NCBI RefSeq assembly: GCF_006345805.1
Contig: NW_021835369.1
Location: 1-55,298 of the forward strand
DNA: 55,298 nt
Origin: Octopus sinensis
Lineage: Eukaryota
Reading direction: 5' to 3'
The notes beneath the pieces were generated by a model, which ran no database searches, was not told the origin of the DNA, and saw only the letters and a program-made list of their open reading frames with translations. Both the position numbers and the translations under genes were made by a program. How positions within the stretch are numbered: position 1 is the stretch's first letter; every line of letters begins with the position of its first letter. Below are positions 24,557 through 36,838 of this stretch, piece after piece.

Positions 24557-24694
24557 TATTTTTTGATACCCCAGTCGCGCTCATTGCAAAGTGTTGGTGG
24601 TTCCAGATTGCGGAGTAGCATTACAGGAGTTCCAACTTTAAGTGCTAATATGTGTGGAGGTAGTCCAGGAGGCTCCAGTGAATTGAGAAATTCC

Positions 24695-24725
<31 letters not shown>

Positions 24726-24989
24726 GCAACAGCAACGATATCGTCGTTTTGCCATCTACCATAACTGCCAACAACAACACCACTACTACAACCTCAACCA
24801 CTACAAGTGACACCAACACTACCACCAAAAACAAATCCAATTTTGCACAAGCGTTAAAAATAAAAAAAGACAATACTAAACTTCAAAAGTTTGTGTTTGG
24901 ATAATATGTTTTAAGTAAAAGTTGTGCAACAACTAAAGCATTTGGTTGTGCAAATTCTTTGCACGGGAAACCTTCCCTGAGTGGCGTGT

Positions 24990-25215
24990 TTCCCGATTTT
25001 GTAGAATTTGCTTTCGGCTTTCTTAGCCATTTCTGTTTGGGCGACTTCAAAGCCATGAAGTTGTCGTTCTAAAAGAAGGCTGGTCTCCTTGACAACGCTT
25101 ACGACGTTAATTTCCCTACCCTGCCTTCCCCACAGCTTCATGAAGGAAGGAAGAGGGGGAGGAGCGACACAGGTGCAGGTGCGAGCATTGGACGCCAACT
25201 CCGCCACCGACAGAA
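24990..25215 (-). mobile_element. Helitron family B internal fragment
   Basis: Aligns by eye with 48545-48745 (GGCTTTCTTAGCCATTTCTGTTT...TGGTCTCCTTGACAACGCTT...CCCCACAGCTTCA...ACAGGTGCAGGTG...TGGACGCCAACTC). Confidence 0.75.
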
Positions 25216-25679
25216 AGAAGAATTGGAAGAACCCAGACGACAGCTTCACAGTCAAAGGACAACTCTGCCACAAACACCACCACCACCACCCCGACGACCA
25301 ACACCACCGCCATCACCACTACCACCATGACCACCACCACCATCACTACTACCACCATGACCACCACCACCACCACCATCACCACTACCACCATCACCAC
25401 TACCACCATCACCACCATGACCACCACCACCACTACCACCATTACCACCACCACCACTACCACCATGACCACCACCACCACCACTACCACCATGACCACC
25501 ACCACCACTACCACCATGACCACCACCACCACCACTACTACCATGACCACGACCACCACTAACCACCACGACAACCACCACCACCATCACCATCACCACT
25601 ACCAGCACCATCACCACCATCCCGACCACAACCACCACCACCACCACCACCACCACCACCACCACCGTCACCACCACAG

Positions 25680-26124
25680 TGTCTCACTTTGCAATTGTAT
25701 GCCAGACTTGTTTGGAGATGTCTTGGCAGCAGTGTACTGCAACTGGCAGCAGAACGGAAGCATACCCGCTTTTGTGAGTTCGGATAATATTTGGCACGCA
25801 TGAATGACGAAGCCACCTTGAACATGATCCTATGAACCGGAAAAAAATTATATACGGAGAGTTACTTATTCGTAAATATAAATTAATATGTGACGTAATT
25901 GCCCGAGGTTACTGTGGTCTTTTCGTAGGTTTTTCTTTCCAGAGACATACCTCCCCATTTCTTGGGAACTTTTTGTACTGTTTCGACATTTTTTGCTTAT
26001 ATTCTCAACGATTTCGATCCATTTTGATCGTTGTCCCCACTTTTTTCCGCCCTCCCTCGAAACGAAAAGCTCTACATTGTAATTGTCCCCTCAGTGTTTA
26101 GCCCTGTGTGGCTAATAAAGAAAT
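25680..26124 (+). mobile_element. Internally deleted L1/Tx1-like LINE: short RT-region remnant, ORF end and 3' UTR, followed by (TATC)n
   Basis: MPDLFGDVLAAVYCNWQQNGSIPAFV resembles the L1/Tx1 pre-RT helix (inference). 3' end GAAAAGCTCTAC..TGTTTAGCCCTGTGTGGCTAATAAAGAAA is followed by (TATC)n at 26125-26270. Confidence 0.55.
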
Positions 26125-26152
26125 TATCTATCTATCTCTCTCTGTCTATCTG

Positions 26153-26195
<43 letters not shown>

Positions 26196-26210
26196 CTGTC
26201 TGTCTATCTG

Positions 26211-26271
<61 letters not shown>

Positions 26272-28039
26272 GTACCTGCAATGCCAGAGGAGGCTACAGC
26301 TACTGCAATGTCCTGATGCTGCCTAACTTCTGCAAGGAGAAGCTTTGTAATAAATGTTTTTCCTGTCCCTCCAGGAGCATCGAGGAAGAAGATTCGTCCC
26401 TTGCATTGGCGTACACTGTTAAGAATAGCTCTGTAGGCCTGCAACTGGTCCGGAAGTAATTTAGGCTCATTTTCAACAATGCACTTTGAAAGCGCTTGAG
26501 TGTCGTAGGTTGTTTCACGAATGACAGCAGTGGGAAGGCTATTTGACCCCGACCTGAATGCTTGTGGCAGACCATACGTCGACAATTCCTTTCCACCCAG
26601 TTTAGCAATTCTGTCTTCAATGTCAATGAGTGTTTTGTTATAGATTTCATTGCTGATACCCACCATGTCAGGATAGAGCAGTTGAGCTTGGCGCTGAAAG
26701 TCTTCAGCCAGGTTGTCTCTATATTTGAGCCATAGAGTGGCCGGATCACACAGTTCGCATGCCTGTAGTAATACTGCAAATAGTGTCCTGAGACTTTTAG
26801 GTGATTGTGATAAAGCAGCCTCTCCTAAAGTTGCATCCCATTGTGCTCCATCTTCTAACAAACCTTGTCGATAGCAGGCTTCTCTGTATGTTGTGCAGAC
26901 ATGTCCAAGAACGGTTTTTAGGGCCTGGAAAGACGTTGGCCCTCTGACCTCATGCAGTAGTAGATGAAGGTAGAAGCACTCTTGTTAAGTGGAATGCACT
27001 GTGTATACTCGCCCAAGGCAAGTGTGAAACTTAATGCCAGGGTATCCATGAACATTTTGACCTGCTTTCCGTGGGGCCCATTTTTTTCCATTCCAAGTGT
27101 AGTACGATGGAATCTGTGGATACAGCAAGGTTTAAGCGAATGGATCCACTTGACAAAGTTTGAAGAATGCAGTGAGTGTGCTATCCCTTGGTTCCTCTGC
27201 CAACAGAGAAGCATTAGCATCGGTGAAGTACACTCTTTGACCATTTTCCAGGTGCACTGCAAGCTGTTGAATGGCGGGGTGTCGTAGGTGAATTGGAAAG
27301 CCAAAGATGCGCCAGAAAGCCTCGTTGCTACTTATGTACCGTCCCACCTGATAATGCGTCACCTCATCCTGGCAGTATTGTTGTTGAAGTCCAAACACTG
27401 CAGCGTCAGAACCCTTGTTTACATATTTGCAAACGTACTTGATGGATTTAATGGAGTTGCAAAACTCAACGTTGATGTGGGCATTGAAAGTCTTTGACAG
27501 GAGTGGGCAGTATGGAACAATCCATCTATTAACAATATTGTGCTGTCCGATAGTTGCTGTGAAACCTCCGTCTTCTGGTTTTCTGCGTCTGTATAATGGA
27601 TACCCATCAGCACCTGTCTGAGTTTCTTGTAGGAACCTCCTTGGAAATCTTTCTGAACATATGCTGTCCTTCAAGCATTGTGTGTTTATGTTGAATCCAC
27701 GCCCACATGGACCATGTACCATGTTTGCTTTAACTATTTCGTATAGTTCTTTGTCTAAAGCTGGATCAGGAAGCTCTGCAGAGATTATCTTGTCGATGTC
27801 ATTGGAATTGATCTTCACTGAGAGCCAAAGCAGGATATGAGCATGTGGAAGGCCCCTTTTTTGCCACTCGATTGTGTACATGTCACATTGTATGGGCCCA
27901 AAGACTTGCCCTTTTTGTATGAGCTCCATGAGAGAGATTAACTTCAGATGGAAAACTCGGGTGTTGAGATTCCGGTTCGAATGTAAGGCAGGTTTGAAAG
28001 TGTTCCCAACAGTTATTAGTTGTAGTGGTAGAGTGTTTA

Positions 28040-28254
28040 TGCCGAATATGTACGTATGCATGTATATATATATGTATGTATGCATGTATATATATGTATG
28101 TATGCATGTATATATGTACAAAATCCACTGAGAAGGCTTTTGTTGATCTGAGGCTACAGCAGAAGACACATGCCAAGTCACTACACAGTGGGACTGAACC
28201 CAGGACCATGTGTTTGGAACGTAGTTTGTTACCACACAGCCACACCTGCCCCTA
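28040..28254 (-). mobile_element. SINE family A 5' half inserted in the Helitron
   Basis: Reverse complement of the head and B-box region plus the TA/TG tract. Confidence 0.75.
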
Positions 28255-28304
<50 letters not shown>

Positions 28305-29321
28305 TGTATGGGTAGATATATTATGCATGTATATATGTGTATATATATGTGTACATATTACATGTACGTCTATATGTATACATCTACACACAAAATACAA
28401 AATACAAAGTTATATCTTGATATCGCTAGTGATAACAATACTCAATAACAGACTGGAATTGTAGGCCCGTCTCTTGCAATTTCGATCAATTGGATCTTGT
28501 CCTCCCTCTTGTATAGAAGTGTATGGCTGCAGCGAAATTCATTTTTGGACTTTCTTCTATCAAAGGCATTTTAACAAAAATGTTTTAAAAAAAGACGGTG
28601 AAAATATTGTCAATTTCCCCAAACAGGGACACAATTCAATTTTTAAACAATAACCAAAGCCCCTTCTCCGAAGGGGGAGGGTTACGGTTTACAATTATTA
28701 ACAAATGCAACACAACAACGTTTCCCTGACGGGGAAACACAACAAACGTGATACAATAGTCAAACAGTAATAAATAACAACAACAAACCTTTTTAATGTA
28801 TCCCCATTTATGTGAAACCACTTATTCAAGTTCAAGTCATTGATGCAATTTTATATGAATTGCTAACACACACACACACACACACACACATAATAAGGGT
28901 GAAAAATTGAATATTAATTTGATTAATATGAATTGAAAACCAGTGGTGTAGCATATAAGACCATAGCGGATCTTCTTCTAGCAAAAAGGATGACCACTAT
29001 TAATAGTTCATCCCTGTTATATGATACTTTCATTTTGATAGTTTCGGTATTAAAATGAAAGTGTCTGCATAACAATAGAGAGATGTTTTTGTTTCACTTT
29101 TAACACGTAATACTGAAATAGCGGAGAAGATATGATATTGCTGTGGGGTCACCCTAGGGAAAAAGTCAACATTTTTTTTTGCCGATGACACTCCCTGGAC
29201 CTTAAGTAAGGCATGTGTAAAATTTAAATGAAATTGGTTGTGTAGTTCTCAAGTTTTTAGAAACACAGACAGACAGACACACATTCTCAGTTTTATATAT
29301 ATAGAGATACATACATACCTA

Positions 29322-29378
<57 letters not shown>

Positions 29379-29379
<1 letters not shown>

Positions 29380-29616
29380 GCACCATCCGTTCGTGGCCAT
29401 TTGCCAGCTCTGTCTGGCACCTGTGCGGGTGGCACGTAAAAAGCACCACTACACTCATGGAGTGGTTGGCGTTAGGAAGGGCATCCAGCCGTAGAAACAC
29501 TGCCAGATCTGACTGGGCCTGACGAAGCCTTCCAGCCTCACAGACCCCAGTTGACCCGTCCAACCCATGCTAGCATGGAAAGCGGACGCTAAATGATGAT
29601 GATGATGATGATGATA
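29379..29616 (+). mobile_element. SINE-like family R
   Basis: See 10648; ends GCGGACGCTAAATGATGATG. Confidence 0.85.
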
Positions 29617-29904
29617 TATATATATATATTATATATATACATGTGTGTGTGTGTGTATACATATGTGTGTGTGTGTATATACGTATATACTCATACACAC
29701 ATACACACAAAGAAACGTGGACTGAACTAACAGCTGGCACTCATCCCAAGTATTTTTATAAGCTCATTCTGTTCATAATTTAGTGGAAGAACAATAGAAC
29801 AAAAGACTTTGGCAATAAGAGGACGGTTCTGCCAGGAAAGCACTAATGGTAAGAACACAGAAACAAAACATCACCAATAGCAAAAATTTATAACAGCAAT
29901 AATA

Positions 29905-30021
29905 GTGATGATGATGATGATGATGATGATGATGGTGATGGTGATGATGGTGGTGATGATGATGATGATAATGATGGTGATGATGATGATGATGATGATG
30001 GTGATGATAATGATGATGGTG

Positions 30022-30053
<32 letters not shown>

Positions 30054-30201
30054 GATGGTGGTGATGATGATGATGATGATGATGGTGATGGTGATGATGA
30101 TGATGATGATGTGATGGTGATGATGATGATGGTGATGATGATGATGATGATGATGTGATGGTGATGATGATGATGATGGTGATGTGATGATGATGATGGT
30201 G

Positions 30202-30264
<63 letters not shown>

Positions 30265-30268
30265 GTGG

Positions 30269-30314
<46 letters not shown>

Positions 30315-30511
30315 GAATATGGTGATGATGATGATGAGATGATGGGATGATGATGATGATGGAATGATGATGGATGATGGTGAATGATGATGATGATGGT
30401 GATGATGATGATGATGATGATGGGATGGTGATGATGATGATGATGAATGATGGGATGAGATGATGATGATGATGATGGTGATGATGGATGATGATGATGG
30501 TGATGGTGATG

Positions 30512-30543
<32 letters not shown>

Positions 30544-30588
30544 GATATGGATGATGGATGATGATGATGATGATGATGATGATAATGG

Positions 30589-30639
<51 letters not shown>

Positions 30640-30640
30640 A
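29905..30640. repeat. (GAT/GGT)n microsatellite (~735 bp)
   Basis: Directly visible; source of the poly-H/M/D ORFs. Confidence 0.95.
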
Positions 30641-30644
30641 ATCC

Positions 30645-30847
30645 TTTCCACTAAAGGTATAAGGCCTGAAATTTTGGTGTGGAGGGGACTAGTCAATTAG
30701 ATTGACCCCAGTGCTTAACTGGCACTTAATTTATTGACCCTGGAAGGATGAAAGACAAAGTTGACCTCAGTGGAATTTGAACTCAGAACATAAAGATGTG
30801 CAAAACCATTCTGCCTAGCATGCTAACACTTCTACCAGCTTGTTGCC

Positions 30848-30848
<1 letters not shown>
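30645..30848 (-). mobile_element. SINE family M monomer
   Basis: Conserved block GGAAGGATGAAAGACAAAGTTGACCTC..GAATTTGAACTC. Similar copies at ~9740-9860, 10120-10220, 10305-10390, 32160-32372, 53412-53540 and 54160-54368. Confidence 0.8.
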
Positions 30849-30893
<45 letters not shown>

Positions 30894-30910
30894 TGATGAT
30901 GATGATGATG

Positions 30911-30911
<1 letters not shown>

Positions 30912-30945
<34 letters not shown>

Positions 30946-31248
30946 TTAGCGTCCGCTTTCCATGCTAGCATGGGTTGGACGTTTCAACTGGGGTCTGTGA
31001 AGCTGGAAGGCTTCGTCAGGCCCAGTCAGATCTGGCAGTGTTTCTACAGCTGGATGCCCTTCCTAACGCCAACCACTCCGTGAGTGTAGTGGGTGCTTTT
31101 TACGTGCCACCCGCACAGGTGCCAGACAGAGCTGGCAAACGGCCCCAAACGGATGGTGCTTTTACGTGTCACCGGCACGGGGGCCAGGCGAGGCTGGCAA
31201 CGGACACGAACGGATGGTGCCTTTACGTGCCACCGACACGGGGGCCAG
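30912..31248 (-). mobile_element. SINE-like family R with ~61-bp internal repeats
   Basis: Near-identical reverse complement of 29379-29616. Confidence 0.85.
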
Positions 31249-31294
31249 AATAATAATAATGTAGTGAAGATTGTTGGCTTTGGTTGATAGGCAG

Positions 31295-32031
31295 GAATTG
31301 AAATGAGAAACAGAAACACTAATTATAGCTGTTCAGGAAGAAGACCTTTGAAGAAATCTGATAAAGGCAAAGATTGACAAAACTCAGCCAGACAGCAAAT
31401 GTGGAATCTGCAGGAAAGGGGATGAAAGTATCAGTTACAATTTGAGTGATTGCAGTATAGTAGCACAAAAAGAGTATAAGTGCAGACATAACTGTGTAGG
31501 CAAAAGGGTGCATTGGGATGTTAGTTGAGCTTGTAGCTTCAAAACAACAGAAAAGGGATATGAGCAAAGCATTTCGCCCGGCATCCTAATGTTTCTGCCA
31601 GCTTGTCACCTTAAAAGAATAATTAATAATAAAAGATCTTGAAATAGAAATCAGCAAAATGTGGAACCTGAAGACTAAAACAATACCTGTTGTCATAGGT
31701 GCCCTGGGAAAGGGGCTGATTGCTACCTAACTCAGATACCAGGAAACCCAAAAATGGCAGAAATTCAAAAGATAGTGCTCTTGGGAACTGCTTATATCCT
31801 ACGCAAAATACTTTCTATGTAATCTCAAGTTTTAAAACAAACATAATTTTCGTTTTTTTTTATTTTTCTTTCTTTTTTTAAAATTTAGACATTCACTAGT
31901 ACAATACCCCCCCCCACCAAATATATGGCACACTAGGCATAACAACAACATGAACTTCCAACCTGTTGTCTCTTGAGGTCTCTGGGTGAGACTTGGAGCC
32001 AACTTGTACAAATATAAAGCAAAACTCAAAC

Positions 32032-32040
<9 letters not shown>
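31295..32040 (+). mobile_element. R4/Dong-clade fragments: CCHC region (31320-31565) and ORF end plus 3' UTR (31630-32040) ending in (TAA)n
   Basis: IKAKIDKTQPDSKCGICRKGDESI..AQKEYKCRHNCVGKRVHW; KDLEIEISKMWNLKTKTIPVVIGALG..IQKIVLLGTAYILRKILSM*; long (TAA)n at 32036-32140. Confidence 0.8.
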
Positions 32041-32086
<46 letters not shown>

Positions 32087-32094
32087 TAATAATG

Positions 32095-32142
<48 letters not shown>

Positions 32143-32454
32143 GCAACAACAACAACAGTTTCAAATTTTCGTACAGGGCCCAGCAGTTTTTGAGGGAAAG
32201 GGATAAGTTGATTACATTGACCCCAGTATTTGACTGGTACCTATTTTATTAACCCCGAAAGGGTTGAAAGGCAAAGTTGAACCTGGTGGCATTGGAACTG
32301 AAAATGTAAAATTAAAACAAGTACTGATTTCTCTGGTGTGGTAATGATTCTGCTAGTTTGTTGCCCAAATATCATTATTAATAATAATAATTTATTTGTT
32401 TATTAGCCACAAGGGCTCACATAAAACAGCATTAACTCAACATAAAACATCACT

Positions 32455-32740
32455 CCTGCTCCAGAGCGTCGGCTGCGGGGTCACTCCAAAAAGCTCTATC
32501 TGCAACGATTTCATCTCAATCGAAGGAGAGGGGCTTTCTCCGTCCGGGTTGTGGATCCGTGGAATAAGCTGCCGGACGAGATAGTGAAGATGCCGACGAC
32601 CGCTCGGTTCAAAAACTCTCTTGACCAGAAATGGCCTGAACTCTTTGTATGAACACCACCCTGTACATAACTCCATGTCCCCCTACACGGCCTTGCTTTT
32701 TGCTTTTTGAGCCAAAAAATTAACTTAACTTAACTTAACT
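32455..32740 (+). mobile_element. CR1/L2-type LINE 3' end with (TTAAC)n tail
   Basis: LRGHSKKLYLQRFHLNRRRGAFSVRVVDPWNKLPDEIV..FKNSLD (CR1-like ..FS.RVV..WN.LP), short UTR, TTAAC repeats. Confidence 0.8.
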
Positions 32741-33124
32741 GTGGAAGCACTCCGTCGGTTACGACGATGAGGGTTCCGGTTGAACCGATCAACGGAACAG
32801 CCTGCTCGTGAAATTAACGTGTAAGTGGCTGAGCACTCCACAGACACGTGTACCCTTAACGTAGTTCTCGGGGATATTCAGCGTGACACAGAGAGTGACA
32901 AGGCCGGCCCTTTGAAATACAGGTACAACAGAAACAGGAAGTAAGAGTGAGAGAAAGTTGTGGTGAAAGAGTACAGCAGGGATCACCACCATCCCCTGCC
33001 GGAGCCTCGTGGAGCTTTAGGTGTTTTCGCTCAATAAACACTCACAACACCCGGTCTGGGAATTGAAACCGCGATCCTATGTCCGTGAGTCCGCTGCCCT
33101 AACCACTGGGCCATTGCGCCTCCA
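32741..33124 (-). mobile_element. SINE family Y inserted in the LINE (TTAAC)n tail
   Basis: Near-identical to 18707 and 20931; TTAACTTAACT on both flanks. Confidence 0.9.
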
Positions 33125-33139
33125 CTTTAACTTAACTAA

Positions 33140-33530
33140 ATGATATGCAACAACATAAAAGACAAAAACAGGACGATACAATGGGTTTTCTGTGTGGAAA
33201 CAAGATGAATGATTAAAACTGAACGAATAAAAATCCTCTTCAGTAGAAAATAGCCCAGGTGAAGATAGTGCCAATAATTTTTGGCTCCTGGGAACCGTAC
33301 CAGAAGGCATCAAGAGGAATATAAAGGAAATTGGAATAGAGTGCCCAGTAGATCTGTTACAAAAGGTTTGCTTCCTTGGTATGTCCAGAATAATCAGGAA
33401 AGTCTTAGATAGCTGAAGAGAACGGAGAGCATGGTACTGTAGGCTGCAGGCAGCAAGCCCGCTATGCATACAAGACTCCAGGAATTCCAACAAAACCGGA
33501 TATGAAAAGTATAATAATAAAAATAATGAT
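33140..33530 (+). mobile_element. Second R4/Dong-like 3' end followed by TAA-rich repeats
   Basis: VKIVPIIF..LGTVPEGIKRNIKEIGIECPVDLLQKVCFLGMSRIIRKVLDS*, then UTR and ATAATAATAAAAATAATGATG. Confidence 0.65.
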
Positions 33531-34039
33531 GATGGTAACATTAATTTTTTTTTATTGATCTCAAAGGCAATAATAATGATGATAATAATAATAACAATAA
33601 TAATAATGTTTATGGTAATAATAATCGTAAATGACTTCTTTCTACGTCTATTTTCCATTTTATGTCTTTATTATTATTTGATTTTGTTAATTATGATATT
33701 AGTAATTGTAATAATGATAATAAAGATAATAACGAATATAAATTGATAAATAAAAATGGAGGAGGGAGAAAAACAATTATGAAAAATATTTACAAGAGAG
33801 AGAAATGTATTGCGTTTGTTTAGAATAGGTTTTCTTTTTCCCCCTTGCTTCCCGTTAAATATGATTGCAAGCGAGCTCTTGGATAAATATTTCCATATAA
33901 CACTTGTGAAGACAAGCAATCTATCAGCAGGAAATCAGGTTTTAATTAAGAGAATACTTTGTTGTTAGCTCGTTAATAAACGACTGTACAAAACAGCAGA
34001 GATGATAATGCCTCTGTATTCATGTGTGTGTGTGTATCT

Positions 34040-34085
<46 letters not shown>

Positions 34086-34136
34086 CATATACATATATAT
34101 ATATTGTATGTGTATATATGTATATATATAATATAT

Positions 34137-34208
<72 letters not shown>

Positions 34209-34294
34209 CCATATAAATATAATATATACATACATATAACAAATATATAATATATATATAATAATAACATACACATACAATATATATTTATATT

Positions 34295-34325
<31 letters not shown>

Positions 34326-34698
34326 GTATATATATATTTATATTTATATATATTTGTATATATATATATGTATATATATATATATTATATATATATATGT
34401 ATATATATGATGATGATGATGTATAAACAAGAAATCAATCTATGGTTAAACTTTTTAAAAAAATCTTTTTTGTTCATTCCCTCGCTTTCAGCTTGTGTGC
34501 ATGTGATAAATAAAGTAATTTTAGAGCCATTTGGCATCTTCTTCTAGCATGTGGTATTACTCAGTAGTTACCTTAATTATAATTTTATAATTATATTTAT
34601 GAAATTAAATACTTTCTATTAATTTTTACCTAAATAGATTTTTACATGCAAGCTGTAGAGATTTTATCCTTGATTATAATGACATACATACGTACATA

Positions 34699-35607
34699 CA
34701 GAGTGGTGTAAATAAACTGTTGTCTAAATTATGCAAATATGAAGAACACTGACATCTCATTTTAACAGAATATATTTACCAAAATTACAGAAAAATACTA
34801 AAAAATTGAAATACTAAAGAGTAAATTTATCCAATAAAATCACCATTGGCTTCAACCAATGGACCCCAGACGACTCTGGAATCTCCTGCAACTCTTCTGG
34901 AATCTGGAATCTCCTGCAACTCTTCTGGACAGTCTCCTTGTTTAAATTGGTGAATGCTGCCATAATCCTTGCCTTCAGTTCATCTTTGGTGTTACAAGGA
35001 GTGTTGGTGGTCTCTCGCTCAACTGCACCCCACACATAATAATCAAGGAGGTTGCAGTCTGGGGAGTTAGGTGGCTAGATGTTAGGGAGTGATGTGGTTG
35101 CAGAAATTGTCTGACAGCCATGACTGGGTTCTCCTGCTTGTGTGGCATGGCGCAGAGTCCTGTTGCCAGACATGGGGTCTTCCAGTAGCCACCCACTTGA
35201 TCCAGGACAGCACTACCTCCTCCAGGCACTTGATGTAGGCCTCCGTGTTGAGTCTGAGGCCATGTGGGTTGATGAATGGAGGCATAACATCGCCGTCACT
35301 AGTGATCCACTCCAAACACCATGATGTTGACTGGATGTTTGACTTTTATTCCTCTCGGTACATGTCCACAGATTGACACCCAAACACTCTGAAATGTTAA
35401 TATTGGAATTTCTGGTGTGAATGCCAAGCAGTACAGCATGTCGTTTCCAAATTTCAGGTAGACTGAACTGAGTCATTTCAATGTTTTTCTCACAGATGGT
35501 GCCCAGCTGACCCTACTATACTGTGTAGCTGACAAAATCAAAAACAAAGAATGTGCATGCATGAAATTAAAAATATAGAATGTTGACAATTTACCTATCA
35601 CATTCTG
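34699..35607 (-). mobile_element. Internally deleted Tc1/mariner-superfamily element (catalytic-domain remnant) flanked by TA
   Basis: GDVMPPF..GLRLNTEAYIKCLEEVVLSW..VWQQDSAPCHTSRRTQSWL, PNSPDCNLLDYYV and WGAVERETTNTPCNTKDELKARI. Imperfect TIRs TA|CAGAGTGG... and ...CATTCTG|TA. Confidence 0.8.
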
Positions 35608-36318
35608 TAAGTGTGTTTGTGCATATATCATCATTGTTTAATGTCTGTTTTCCGTGCTAGCACGGGTTTTATATATATATATATATATATTTCACCTTCG
35701 AAACGTGTTAGAGTGATGAAACCATAGCGACTGAAGAGGGTTTTTTTCTTGTGTTAATTGTCCTGTACTCTATTTTTTTGTTGTTTAAAAATGTCACTTC
35801 CTTTGTTTGTGTCTATGTTTCGTTCTCTTTGTGTCGACGTCCCTTTGGTGTGTACTCATATATGCGTGATATATACATGTAGAGGTAGGTACGTACATAT
35901 ATGTATATATATATGCATATGTTTTATTTATTTATTAATATATATTATATGTGTGTGTGTGTGTGTATGTGCGTGTATATATATATATATATATAGGTAT
36001 ATGTGTGTGCCGCCGGACTGGTTCCCATGCAGGCGGCACATAAAAAACACCTTTAGAGTGTGGTTGTTTCCAATATCGCCTGACTGGCCCTCGTGCCAGT
36101 GGCACGTAAAAAGCACCCACTACACTCTCAGAGTGGTTGGCGTTAGGAAGGGCATCCAGCTGTAGAAACATTGCCAGATCAGGTTGGAGCCTGGTGCAGC
36201 CTTCTGGCTTGCCAGTCCTCATTTGAACCATCTAACCCATACCAGCATGGAAAGCGAACATTAAAGAATGATGACGATGATGATGATATATAGATATGTG
36301 TGTGTGTATATATATATT

Positions 36319-36720
36319 AGGCGCAGGAGTGGCTGTGTGGTAAGTAGCTTGCTAACCAACCACATGGTTCCGGGTTCAGTCCCACTGCGTGGCATCTTGG
36401 GCGAGTGTCTTCTGCTATAGCCCCAGGCCGACCAATGCCTTGTGAGTGGATTTGGTAGACGGAAACTGAAAGAAGCCTGTCATATATATGTATATATATG
36501 TATATGTATGTGTGTGTGTGTTTGTGTCTCTGTGTTTGTCCCCCTAGCATTGCTTGACAACCGATGCTGGTGTGTTTATGTCCCCGTCACTTAGCGGTTC
36601 GGCAAAAGAGACGGATAGAATAAGTACTGAGCTTACAAAAGAATAAATCCCGGGGTCGAGTTGCTCGATTAAAGGCGGTGCTCCAGCATGGCCGCAGTCA
36701 AAATGACTGAAACAAGGAAA
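36319..36720 (+). mobile_element. SINE family A, young full-length copy
   Basis: Complete head, body and tail. Confidence 0.9.
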
Positions 36721-36838
36721 AAAAAAAGAAGAAAAAGAAAGATATATATATATATATAGTAAATCAAAGAGATGACACACCAGAAGAAACCAAATATTAT
36801 TTAATGCACTTCATTTACTTACAGCTGTTTCTATAGTA

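Larger units (their letters stand above)
24556..29307 (-). mobile_element. Decayed autonomous-type Helitron (Rep/HUH plus PIF1 helicase remnants) with nested insertions and deletions
   Basis: 5' A|TCTCTATATATATAAAACTGAG at 29307. Rep motifs YTIEWQKRGLPHAHILLW, MVHGPCG, NRWIVPYCP and IKYVCKYVNKG (27132-28010). Helicase FFLDAPGGTGKT..VASSGIA (26270-26860). Later helicase [31 protein letters not shown] (24556-24693). All collinear on the minus strand; no 3' end seen. Confidence 0.88.
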
